From positions 83,335-147,334 of the forward strand of contig FLMG01001299.1 in NCBI GenBank assembly GCA_900088475.1: 64,000 nucleotides of DNA. Reading direction: 5' to 3'. The notes under the pieces were generated by a model that searched no databases, had not been told where the DNA came from, and saw nothing but the letters and a program-made list of their open reading frames with translations. Below, piece by piece: positions 43,867 through 60,169 of this stretch. This DNA is from Hyphochytrium catenoides (Eukaryota > Protista > Hyphochytriomycota). Both the position numbers and the translations under genes were made by a program. Each line of letters begins with the position of its first letter. The stretch's first letter is position 1.

Positions 43867-44372
43867 TTCCTGCAATCGTGAAAAGGGTACAATACTGCGT
43901 AAGTCTAGTCGTCTCTGTCTCGTTCTTAGGCTCCTCTTTCTCCTTGAACTTCATGGTTCTTTGTCTCTCTGTCTGTGTCACAAGCTGCATCGAGGCTTGG
44001 CGCTCGTTATCGGAATCAGAAGCTGCGATGTACGAGGAGAAGATGATCTTGAGATAAAGAGGTCATTGAGATCTGAAGCTCCCAGATATCGGTTCTACGG
44101 CCCTAGACTTATTTATTTTTGGCTCCTCAGTCTCTGTTCCTCGCGCCTTTCTCTCTCGGTGTGTGTGTCGCGCTTTGCTTTCTTTCTCTGTCTTTCATTG
44201 CTTCCTGCGGGCATCTTTGCTTCCTCCACGATCCCTTTGGACTCCACTTCTCTTGGCAATGAAAGCAACGCGACTTCGTGGCTAGAAGGATGTATAATAT
44301 CAACAGTACGTAAGCAACTCAGTGGTGAGATTGTACGGAGTATCTCTGAAGGAAAAGAGGTGAAAAGTAGCG

Positions 44373-47169
44373 ATGAACGTACTTCAGAAACTTCATGGAG
44401 GTGGAGGAACTCCCAGTGCTGATCCAGAGACTAGCACAGTGCCTCCCGGATGGCGGGAAGTGAAATCTCGCAGTACGGGAAAGAGCTACTTCCTACATGT
44501 TGCCACAAACACAACGCAATGGGATCGACCGACATCATCAGAGCCAGTAGGAGCAGCCGGTTCAAGCTCAGCCGAAAAGAGCCCTCACGAGAGCTCTAAG
44601 GGAGGAGATTCCAAGAGTAAAGGTGGGCAAGCGGCATCGTTAGACAATGCTTGCATTAAGGCTTCCTTAAGATGGAGAGTGTTGCCCTCTCATCCTTTAG
44701 CACTCTCATATATTAGGTCGTCTATCACTCACCTGCTAATGTTCTCCATGGTTTGGACTTCGTGGTTCTCGTAAACCATCTCCGAACTGTGCTTTCCTCT
44801 CTTAACCTTATCATACGGTCCGAGGGAACACTATTAGCCTCTGACCGCCAAGGCCTCTGCTTCAGAAGGATGGCTCTCCCCATATCTCCAGAGATAGTCC
44901 CTCCCTCTACGTCTCTCCATCATCTTCTTCATTGAATGGCACTACTTTCATCTACCATCACACCGTTGACCGTTGACTCTTCTCCTACTACTCGCGCTTT
45001 GCACCATTTCTTTGCTTGTAAAGAGCATAATCTCACTGCTGCTTTCTCGATTCTTGCGGCAGAAACAGTGTCAGCAAGATTGGCTGCTTCAGCACTGAAC
45101 AAGGCCAACGACATGAGCTCAACCTTCAGCTCTATGCTAAACAGCACCAAGAGCACATTGACCGCTAAGTTTGCCTCATCTACTACCGCTGCTGCAATTG
45201 TAAATAACGGCTTCGCAGCAGCAGCAAGGGAAGCCATGGGTAAGAGAGGTCCTTTCTGTAGGCAGCTTCTAACCTGAGCGTTGCTTTGAATCGTACGGCA
45301 CACTCAGCTTTTCGAATATGTTGAGGGTTACTTCTGTTTGCCTAATGTCTCTTTATTCTGCATATGTCAAAGGAGGATACGGCTCAGTCTCGTCTCTCTT
45401 TCCCTGGCCATTCACCCTTTCCTTCAGTGGGGATTCTACATCTTCGTCAATAGCCCATCAACCTATGCGTCTTCGTTGCATTTGCATCAGCACTATTGCA
45501 AAAGTCTGGTCATTCTGTACGAAGCTTGGGTTTGGGTGCAGGGGCTTTCCTGCCCATAGCCCCTCCCCATACTAGCTCCTTCCAAACTTTTCTCCCATGG
45601 CTTTGTCTGGAGTAGTGCTCTGCTAGCGGATTGTAGGATTCCACTCATTTCTTGCCTCCGTGGCTCTCTAACCTGCATCCACTCAGGGCGTGATAAGACA
45701 GAGTCTGCCAAGCAAGGCCAAGTCGTGGAAGAAGTGTTCGAAAACCAGCGGTTGAATGGTGACCTTGGCGTAAATGACCCAAAGAAGTACAGCACGAGAG
45801 ACCCAATCCCTTGCTCAGGAGTTGATGACTTCCCTGAGGTGGAGGTTCCCCAGGGCTGGGAGTGGACAGGAGAGTGGTCCATTGACAGGGACTACACCAG
45901 CTGTGATGCGGATGGTAGGCGGTTAACTCTTGTTCTGGGTGCCATCTGCCTTCTATCCTTATAGTGTTGTTGGCAGACTAACGCTCGGAATGTCCTTATT
46001 CCATTGCTCTTATTATGCATACAACTATTTCTCACTTCTTGTGACACGCGGTCCTTTCACCGATTCCACGTCTCTTGTTAGTGCTTGCCTCCTGTCCTCA
46101 GTGGTTATTCCACTCGCAGCTCAAAAAAGGGAAGTTTTGCTGTAATGATGCCTCTGTCCTTGCCCCCATCTACGTCATTGCTCTTCACCACCTGCAGGTT
46201 GGAGCTATGGCACGGACTTCCAAGCCCTAGTAAATCTCGCTGCAGATGAACTGAGCCATGCTTCCCGTCATCCAAATGACAACGTTAGAAGACGGCGCTG
46301 GGTTCGCTTTCGCCAGCCTGTAGGCTATCAGACAATTCAGACGTCAACCAAGGCCCCCATTCAACAAAGCGCACCTGTCAACCAAGCCCCAGTCTATGCT
46401 AACGATCCTTTTGCCAAGACGCAACAGAGAAAGCAGGATACGGGGTTTAAAGCCCTGAAGTTCCTTCCGCAGGGAACCAAGGATGCGACCAAAGAGTACG
46501 GAAGCTTTGAATTTAGCCAGCTCTATTGGCTTGTCACAGGAAAGGATGCGAGTCTGACATCGAAGGACGATGTCGCGACGAAAGATCCCAACGATATGCA
46601 GGTAATGCAAGGGCTCCATAGTTAAGGAGAGGAGAAGGCCGAAAGCAGATAGTCTAGTCAGTGAAGGTGCAGTGAAAGGCCACGGAGACCATAGGAGAGA
46701 TGCCCATGATCTGCAGAGTGGTGGAGCCCGGGGACTCCTTTCTTTTGTAATTAGCTTGGAACCAGAAAGCTACCCAGGGGCTCTAATGTTCGTCTATAGG
46801 AAGGAATCCGCAAGGCGACAGCTGATAGCGAGATGAGGGAAAAGAAGCTGGCGGAACAGAGTGAAAAGTCGGCTAAGCAGCTCCAATACCACCGACAAAG
46901 GCTTCGGCTGCTCGTGGCAGAGTTCAAGCGCTCTGAGCATACCCGTAAGACCCTATTGGCAGACATTGCCCAGGCCAACCAGGCGGTCAAGCAGCTCCAG
47001 GAAGACGTTGTAAGTGATTTACGGGGACGATGAGAGAAGGAAGGGAGGGAGAAGAGAGACCCACACATTATAGAAAATCACGAGTAGAGAAGAGCGAGAA
47101 AGCTGCAGCTCGCTAGACGGACGACGATGACGGATCAGAACACAGAGAGAGGGAGTGCGTAAATCAGAC

Positions 47170-47207
<38 letters not shown>

Positions 47208-49133
47208 GGAGAACGTAAACACCCTTCTCTAGCATAACTGACGAAGAACTTACCTTACAGGATAAGCTGGACAACGAGCTGGTAAAAAATTCATGCTTGG
47301 CAATCAGCGATAACAAGTCTTCCCTGACACAGTTTTGTTTTCGTGTCCTGCTATCCTCTTGTCGCAACATTTTTGTCTGACGTGTCCCATTTCGTCTGGT
47401 CCTTTCCCTGTGGTTGCCACTGTCTGTTGCTCTGGGTTATTTTCCAACCTCCGTGTTCCCGTGGCAGAATGAGGAGCAGAGAAGTGTCAATGCAGAGCTG
47501 GAGGCTGCGAATCACGCACTCGAGAACAAGGCGAAGTCTCTACAGGCTTCTCGCTTACGATATCAACAGGACAAGCTCAACCTTTCACAAAGCTTAGAGT
47601 ACGCTGCACAGCGTCTGGCAGAAGTAAGAACTTAGTTGGAGGAGGGAAAGATCCGTAGAATGGAGGGGAAAAGAAGGGGTCATCTTACTCAAAGCCATAA
47701 GAGACGCGGTTAGAGATAATTGGCTAGAAGCCTTCTCAGAGCTGGTGATAGAAGAAGGATGCTTAAATGCTTTACCCTCAGGCAGCATCTGCGGAACGAG
47801 GGAAAGCTTCCGCTCAAGAGAGCCCAGAAAGTGCACGACTCCGCCAGGGACTTGCGAGGGCTGCTCACTTACAGACCAAGCTGCAAGAGGCTCGACAGCA
47901 CCGACAGGTAAGCAAACATTGCTCTACAAGTGCAAGGAAGCTATCAGAGAAGGATGGGACTCTCGCGGGACGGGCCTACCAATGACCCTAAGCTGTCCGT
48001 CTTACTTTTCTTCTGAGCGCTAATCAACATTAAAGATCTGGACAACGCCTCTGCGGTGCCTCGTGGCCATCGTTGACCTCATAGTGATAATCTGCTTGTC
48101 TTCTTGTGTCTACTCCTATTTACTCTATGCACTCTGTATATTTGTTTAGCGGCTCGAGGAGGAAAGGCGGGACTTATTGAAGGAGCTGGTGGAGTCCAAG
48201 GCGACCATCAAGTATCAGTCCAAACAGCAGGTACGATCTTATCCTACAGTGGACAGCTTTAGTTAAACCTAGCGGGCTATTCTTCTGCTTGGCCATAAGC
48301 CTTTGTTGAGAGACGCACCTCGGGCTATCTTTTAGAACCTTTCCCTTGTCTCTTTTCCTCCTTTCGCTATTCCCTCTTTCCTCTTTGTCTAGAAGTCACT
48401 GCCATGGGTAGTCGCCGTACACTTCCCTGTGGCAATAGACGTCCCCGTCTCATCGGTCTCTTTGGTCTACTTTTAGGCGGAACAAGCTCGAGAATCTATC
48501 GAGCAGCAGATCAGTGTCCTCAGACAAGAGCAGACACGGCTGGTGGGAGAGTTGACAAGACTAAAAGACGCGGTAAGGCCCACTCTATCGGCTGGTGAAT
48601 GGACTGCAGTCAGCAAGTGTCAGCAAGAAGTTGCCCTCAACTTGACCGTAGGGATCTTCATAGCTGCTCTTAACCGCGCCACATCTAAGGAGCTTCCCGT
48701 TCGCTCTTCCTATCACAATTGTCTGTGTCTGCTATGTAAACCGGGCCTTCCTCTATGGTTCCCTGTCCCGCGTTGTCTCATGTTTTCCCTCGCTCTTTCC
48801 TGCTACGCACGCGGCTGTCGAAAACAGTCGCCAGAGCAAAAGGCAGCTCTGGAGCAGAGGAGGCAGGAGATCCGGCTTGAAATGAGTGATTTGAAGCAAA
48901 GGCGGTTGGTCTTGCAGTCAGGGATGGCTGAACCAGAAATGAGAAACATTCAACACCTAGGACAGGTAGCGAGGAGATTCGTTTTTCATCTTCATTGCTA
49001 CTCTCCCTTGGTTGCTTTCCATGCTGAGGTTTGCTTCTTGTCTGAAATAGGGCCTGCTTCCGCGGCTGACGTACGTTTTTCCTTGTTTTAGGTGGGCAAA
49101 CAAGGGTCCATGTCTAGAAGTGCAATTAGATAA
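44373..49133 (+). CDS. WW-domain + dysferlin (DysF/Pex24-like) domain + long coiled-coil protein, multi-exon; 3' end uncertain (49133-49375)
   Basis: WW: VPPGWREVKSRSTGKSYFLHVATNTTQWDRP. DysF: EEVFENQR...PQGWEWTGEWSID...DADG|WSYGTDF...DNVRRRRWVRFR. Several short heptad-rich exons at 46800-48966. Confidence 0.8.
47174..47205 (+). repeat. Intronic (GA)n microsatellite
   Basis: Visible dinucleotide run. Confidence 0.95.
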
Positions 49134-49839
49134 AGCCAATTGACCTTCCAGGGAGTCCCGCCTTCTTTTCTCTTTGTCTCTTGGCCTTGTCTGGTCAGAA
49201 GCAAAGAAAGCTGCACGAGTGCCACAGGCGGTAAACCGCAAGTATAAAGGTTTTCATAGGATAAGCTTCTCGCACTCTTTTGCATCATCTGTCGCGGTGT
49301 CATCCTCCGATCAAAAAAGTGAAAGAGGGCAACACAAGTGATCTGACTTGACCTGCTCTCTCAGCCAGCGTGAGCCTGGAAAGACATCGTGGGGAAAGAG
49401 AGAGAGAGAGACAGAATGTGTGTGAGAGACATAGAGAGGGAGAAAAGTAGAGCACACGACGAGCTTGTGAGACGACAGCGAGAGATCGTTATCGCCTCGA
49501 ATCAGAATCTCCATTGTCAGTCGGCCTCCCTCCATGCAGATACCAGAATGTGGCTCCAATTGGTGCCTCCTATAAGTAATATCAAAGCTATAAATTTGTA
49601 ATCCGTACACCCAAAGAGTTTTTCCATTAGCGCTGCCACAAAATCTTCCACACCCCTCGAAATGGGGAGAGATTGGCAATGGCTGATGGTCTGGGAAGGA
49701 CAGACGAAGGTGCAAGGCCAGACGGACCGGTGCCAGAGCCAGTGGCACAGTGAGCTAGGCAGCCTTTGTTAGCAGGTATACTAGCTGGAAGTCAAACGAC
49801 AGGCGACGCTGGACAGGAAAGGACGAGGACAACGCGCGG

Positions 49840-54654
<4,815 letters not shown>

Positions 54655-55253
54655 GGACCAGCAGCAAAGAAAAGCCTCCCGGCAAGCCTTTGGCCTGACA
54701 AGAGGCAAAGGACGAGAGTCAGACGGACCACTCTGGTTATGAAGGGTGGTCCTCAGACGAGATCAACATGTCAACACAAGTAGGAGAACTTATCATTAAG
54801 AGTAGGGAGGGAAAGGCATGTCTACCTATCACAAAATGTATCTGATATATATTCATATAGCTGTAAACTAAACTCTCCTTCCATGAATCAATTGACCGAG
54901 GCGGCCGGGGCCAAGCAAAAGAGCAAACACCCGGTAGTCTAATGCAAGAAGAAAGAAACAGACTAACGGCAACAAAAGGGTGAACTATCGGTGCCTCCCA
55001 GTGGTAGAGAACAGATCTAGAATGTACGAGCAAGCGAGTGCAGGAGCGCGCTTCCTCAAACCTGTGACCCAAGTGTGCAAGTCACAGGGAGAAGAAAGGC
55101 AGATTAACTCCAAGAGCTCGAGGGCCAACATAAGGATTGAAGGCTTAAAAAGAAGGGCTGGATGCAAGAGGGATCAAGAGGGAAGACAGATGACACAGAT
55201 GAGAGTAAGGGGTTTACATCCACCAACTGCCATCTGCGGTCTCCGCTTGGCCA

Positions 55254-58061
55254 TTAAGCGCATTTGGAAGAGACAGAGTCCACCTTGCATCCGACGACTT
55301 CCAGTCCAGCGAATGGTTGCAGACGAGCTAAACTCTCATGTTGTCTCTTCTTGTCCAAAATATCATCTCTTCTCTTCGCTCCCTCTTCCAATTTATGCTG
55401 ACTTTGCTGCAGCATGGCCAGGGTTTTCGCTTCGTTCAGTTCCTTTTGGGCATCAGCTACAGCCTTCGCATGCTGCCCTTTCTCCGCCGCTTCTCTTTGC
55501 ACCGCATCAATGCTCTGTCTCCTCCTGTCAGAAGCGGATCGAACGTGATTGTTCAGCATCTGTGACTTTAGACTTGCATGCGCCGCCTCCTCCGCCCGCT
55601 GAGTGAGTTTGATTAGCTCAAGACGCTGCTCAAACGCACGAGCAGTCTCTCCTTTTTGGCGGAGAAGAGCATCCTTTCTGCTCTTTGCCCTATGGAGCTT
55701 GAACTCCTGGCGCAGAGACTGTAGACGAGTCTGCGTCTCTTTAATTGATTGCCTTTCCTGAACGCGAAGCTCTCGTTCTCCAATGCGAAACTTCCTTTCT
55801 TCCTCCTTCAGCGATCGGCGAATGGCCGCCAGTTCTTGGGTCTTCTGCATGGTATTATTATCCAGCTCTCTCTTCTTCGCCAAGTGCTGCCTGGTGGCTT
55901 CACATCTGTCAAGCACCAAGCGTGCAGCGTGGATTTTCTGCTCTTCTGCTGAAGCTCGACGAAGGGCAGCCAACTGTTGCTCCAGCTCCAAGGTCTCCTT
56001 GGCAGCCTCCTTTCTGTCTTCGTTGTATTTGCGCACCTGAGAGACCCTTTCTAGGTCCTCCTGGACTGTCGCTAGCTTCGAAAAGAGGACGTTGAGGTAC
56101 CGCTTGTCCCTCCTTTCCATCTTTTCATGGAAAGTCGCGTCATAGTGCAGTGCTTTCATGGCTGTTATCTCCTCTCTTCTCTCAGCAGCTTGCTTCTGCT
56201 TCTGCTCTAACTTCGCAACAGCCAATGCTTGCTCCTTCGCGAGCTCCTGAGCTCTCTTCTCTTCCTTCTTCAGCTTCTCAGCGAGGGCGGCTGTCTCTTT
56301 CTCCTTCTTGCTTGCGACATTCTCACGTACTTTTCGGAAGCATTCCTCATTCCTCTGGGAGAATCCAGGGCTCTGCAGCCTCTGTTCTCTGCGAACGACG
56401 GCACTCCCCTGTCTGTCCTCGATGACCTTTAGCGCTTGCTCCGCTTGCTCTTTAGAAGCTTGTTCAAAGTCATTGTGGAGCTTCTTGGCCTTGTAAACCT
56501 GAGCAGCGGCTGCGCTTCTCCTTCTATGGAGGAACAGAGCGTGGCGCTGGCAGGCAGCCTCTAGCCTCTGCTTCAGGCGCTGCCTTGCTTCTCTCTGCTT
56601 CTCTTTCTCACTTAGGACCTTCCGAGAAGCCTTCTCCATTTCACGCTGCTTCTCCAAGGCAAACTTTGCCGCGAGGGCCTCCTCTCTTCTCATCTCAGCT
56701 GCCCTTAGCCTGCTGTTAAGGTTTCTCTCCAGCGTCTCCTTGTTAGCCATGAGATACTGATGCATAGAGAGCACATTCTTCCTCTTGAGCTCTGCCTCCT
56801 TCAATCGGTTGAGCAGTGACTCTTTAGCCAACTCTCTGCGCATCTCTGCAGTAGCTTGCCGGGAGTTAGCCTTCAAAGCTTGGTTAAGCCATCCCGCGTC
56901 ATTGAGTCGGTGTGCGCAGTAAGTCTTGAAGGTGGCATTAAGCGCAGACTGACGGGCTTTGCTAGCTTTCTCCTCCAGGATAAGCGCTCTTCTGAAGCCG
57001 GCAGCCTCAAGCTTGTACTTCAAGATCTCAGCTTGCTGTTTAGCCAAGTTCTTGCTGCTTTCTTTCACTGCTTCAACGTATTGAAGGGTACGGGAGGCTT
57101 GCTCCGCTCTGTCCTTCAACAGAGAAGATCTCCTCTCGTCTGCAGCCACCAAACGCTGGAGTACAGCCTGCTTGGCTTCTTCGGCTTTCTTCAGCAGAGC
57201 GTCTTCCATTTCTTCTCCTATCTCCTTCGCCGCGAGGACAGTCTCAGAGGCCCCTGCCGCTCTCGTCTTAAGAAATGCCCTGCGACGGTTCTCGGCTTCT
57301 TTGAGTCGGTTCTGGATGGAAAGAAAGGGAGACTCTACCCCGTGCTCATTCTCCTTCTTTGTTATCTTCATCGGCGAGGGAGAAGGAGTGCTACCGCGAA
57401 GAAGACGTGCCTTCTCCTGCTTCTCTCCAAGGAGATTCTGCCTCCTTTGCTCTGCCTCTACCAGCTTGCTCTCAGACTTTGACAGAAGCTGCTTCTTCGA
57501 GGTAAGAGCGACATCTGAGGAGACCGAGGAGATATGCTTGGCGGCATGTAGTTTATCAGATAGCTTCTTCTTGAGCTCATCCAACATTGTCTTTCTCCGC
57601 CAGTCAGCCGCCTCGAGGCGGACGTCAAAGCTCTTTGAAGGAGGGGGCGTCCTTGCCTCAAGAGAGGAAGCGAGGCGCCGAGGGATGAGTTGGCTGAGAG
57701 GTTTGGCCCACTTCTCTGCCGCCGCAGCTGTCTCTTCTTCTCCCTTTATAGGGATTATCCACCCAGGGGAAGCCGAGGAAGGAGCAGGTGATGACAAGGA
57801 GAGAGCGGGCTTTTCTTCTCTTTCCTCCGCTTCCAAGACCGCCTTCTCCTCTCGTAGGTCCGTCTGCAAGGCTTCCGCACTTTCTCTCTCCTCATCCTGA
57901 TTGCTCGACTCCTCCTCAGGAGACGGATGGGCCTCAGGCTGCCGATTGGCATCGACCTTCCATGGCAAAGGCACGTCGTCTCCCTTTACCTTCTCAACTG
58001 TCTCAGGATCCTGATGGTTCTCCGCTGGTGGCGAAGCTTCTTTTTTTAGCCACCGGAACAT
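55254..58061 (-). CDS. Intronless 935-aa alpha-helical repeat protein with ~15 stathmin-like [KR]LxxAxxRR repeats
   Basis: Long open frame rich in E/K/R/A. The motif recurs at 47-53-aa spacing, six times exactly 51. Acidic/Pro-rich N-terminus. Confidence 0.85.
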   Translation of the reverse strand: MFRWLKKEASPPAENHQDPETVEKVKGDDVPLPWKVDANRQPEAHPSPEEESSNQDEERESAEALQTDLREEKAVLEAEEREEKPALSLSSPAPSSASPGWIIPIKGEEETAAAAEKWAKPLSQLIPRRLASSLEARTPPPSKSFDVRLEAADWRRKTMLDELKKKLSDKLHAAKHISSVSSDVALTSKKQLLSKSESKLVEAEQRRQNLLGEKQEKARLLRGSTPSPSPMKITKKENEHGVESPFLSIQNRLKEAENRRRAFLKTRAAGASETVLAAKEIGEEMEDALLKKAEEAKQAVLQRLVAADERRSSLLKDRAEQASRTLQYVEAVKESSKNLAKQQAEILKYKLEAAGFRRALILEEKASKARQSALNATFKTYCAHRLNDAGWLNQALKANSRQATAEMRRELAKESLLNRLKEAELKRKNVLSMHQYLMANKETLERNLNSRLRAAEMRREEALAAKFALEKQREMEKASRKVLSEKEKQREARQRLKQRLEAACQRHALFLHRRRSAAAAQVYKAKKLHNDFEQASKEQAEQALKVIEDRQGSAVVRREQRLQSPGFSQRNEECFRKVRENVASKKEKETAALAEKLKKEEKRAQELAKEQALAVAKLEQKQKQAAERREEITAMKALHYDATFHEKMERRDKRYLNVLFSKLATVQEDLERVSQVRKYNEDRKEAAKETLELEQQLAALRRASAEEQKIHAARLVLDRCEATRQHLAKKRELDNNTMQKTQELAAIRRSLKEEERKFRIGERELRVQERQSIKETQTRLQSLRQEFKLHRAKSRKDALLRQKGETARAFEQRLELIKLTQRAEEAAHASLKSQMLNNHVRSASDRRRQSIDAVQREAAEKGQHAKAVADAQKELNEAKTLAMLQQSQHKLEEGAKRRDDILDKKRQHESLARLQPFAGLEVVGCKVDSVSSKCA

Positions 58062-58401
58062 GTCTACTGACTGGTGTCCGGACGAGAGCTAACAGCAATC
58101 TTTATGAACCATTCACAGTCCAGTCAGAATCTAACGATCTTTGAGCAGTTCGCTCTTCTTGCTCCTGGTATTCAGAGTTACACGCTGTCGATGATAAGGC
58201 TCTTCGCAGATGTCGTCTGCGTTTCTCGGCTTTTGAGCGCTTGCTCGAGCTTCACGCCTTCTGCCTGAACTCTTTGGCTTCTCTTCGCCGACGAAGCCCG
58301 TCGCTGGCGCCCTTGATCTTTGTCATTTGTTCTCTTTTTCTCCCTCTTTCTTCTCTTCTCTCTCTTGTTCTCTGTCNNNNNNNNNNNNNNNNNNNNNNNN
58401 N

Positions 58402-58440
<39 letters not shown>
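58402..58440 (+). repeat. (TC)n microsatellite abutting assembly gap 58377-58401
   Basis: Visible dinucleotide run after Ns. Confidence 0.95.
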
Positions 58441-58444
<4 letters not shown>

Positions 58445-60169
58445 GACGCTTCTGTACAGGCGGGACAGGGACGGGCTGGGCGCTCGTCCAATGGCGTCCT
58501 TTCACAGAGAAGAGACAAAGTCTAACATCACAAACTCCGTAATCTGCTTCCCATACTCAAACATTAAGAAAGCCATTTACCTAAATAATGGAAAGCGCAT
58601 ATCGCGGAGTCTGGAAATGTAACGCTTAGAAATACTGACCAGCAGATCCTCCTTATTGCTAATATCGCCGGTCCGATCCTGGATGTGAGCGCTTATCAAA
58701 GGTCACAAGATGGAGAGAAGGAGGAGAAGGGAAACAGATTGAGAGACAGAGACAGAGATGGAAGACAAAAAGACTGGAGAAGAGAGAGAAGAGACAAGAG
58801 AGAGAAAGACACGATTGAAAGCCAGAGACATAGAAAGACGAAGCCTTGCGAAGAAGAGACAGAGAAAGAGCAAAGACCTGAAGAAGAGAGCTCAAGAGAG
58901 CGGAAGAGCCAGAGCAGCAGAGAGATGGACAGAGAGACCAGAAAGAACAGTCATCAGGTCCCCTTCCCTGATCAGCGGGCACACAATCAAACAGATGGGA
59001 CGAAGATAGAGAAGGCCATCAAAGAGGGGAGAAACGTCAGGAGGAACGCTGATTGAGAGGAAGGGAGAAGTGAGAGAGAGAGAGTCCGTGCACAATCCTC
59101 CGAGAGATCTTTCTCTGCTGGCTTGATGATAGTGCACGGACAAGTTTACTATTTCTCAACGGCCTACGGCACGCCACACAGGAAGAAGGAGAAGACACGT
59201 CTGCCATCTGAGGAGAGAGAGCGGCGAAGAACTTGAGAACAAAGGCAAGACTATCACAGCAACAGAAAGAAGAGGGAAAGGGAAGAAGAGAGCACTGGAA
59301 ACAAGGTAAGAAACAGAACAACTCTTGCCTTGAAAAGGCGAACAAATCACTTGCAAGCCGGACCTGCGACATTTAGAGAGAGCACGAAGGAAGCCTGCCG
59401 CTTTATCGGCATCCGGCGAGATAGGGAGCGCGAAGTTAGCCTGCGAGGCTTCCTCACCTGGTGAATCCGCGACAACGGGGACCAGCAGGATGACTGTGGA
59501 CCAGAAGATGAGAGTTCTTTCGTTGGGAGAGTGGGCAAAGAATACTCTTAGGATCACTTTGCCCTTGAAGATCATGGTCAAGAGAAAAGATCAAAGAGTC
59601 AATTCTATGAGCAAATAGCGTCTGAGAATCTCTGATGTGGCCCAGTTTTGGCGGTGCCTAACACTATTACTAAGCAGAGAGCTAGTGATCTGACCCGCGA
59701 TTGTAGTTCTTCTCTTTGAGCTTCCGCTCCGTTCTCTTATGTAACGAGACAAGATAGCTCTGCCCAAAGAGTCCTTCTTGACTACTTGGCTTGTATAAGC
59801 CCCTAGGCCCTTAGCAGGCCTTTTCCTTTGCGATACCGTGGCATGGCTTTGCCTCGTGAGACGAATTTGGTGCTGGTGCTGTGAGAAGCTCAGCTCTGGT
59901 TGTACTTGTGGGGCTTGTTGATAACTTGGAGGGGCTACTCTGTCCATCCCTCTTGACGTAAGAGCATACATAAACAGCTACTCCTAATTCTAGACCTCTT
60001 TCCCGTAGGCTCCCGTCTGATTGTCTTTCTCTCTCCGCTACTCTGTTGCCAGCTATGTGGAGCTTGACCTAACGGGATTGACGTATAAAAAGATCGTCTA
60101 TGGTGCCCTCTTGTGGGCTTTAATGTACACTACCAAGGCTGAGTCGGTTAGCCTGAAGTAAGATGAGGG

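Noticed and set aside
43667-44422. 210-aa and 107-aa ORFs upstream of the WW gene
   Set aside because: Driven by a (TC)n microsatellite and pyrimidine tracts; no domain signal.
56856-57900. 208-aa and 242-aa plus-strand ORFs
   Set aside because: Antisense shadows of the 935-aa E/K/R/A-rich gene.
58600-60000. Short ORFs (58685-59056, 59156-59581, 59591-59971) as genes
   Set aside because: Biased GA/TC-rich composition and no recognisable motifs; more likely UTR, intron or promoter sequence of the flanking genes.
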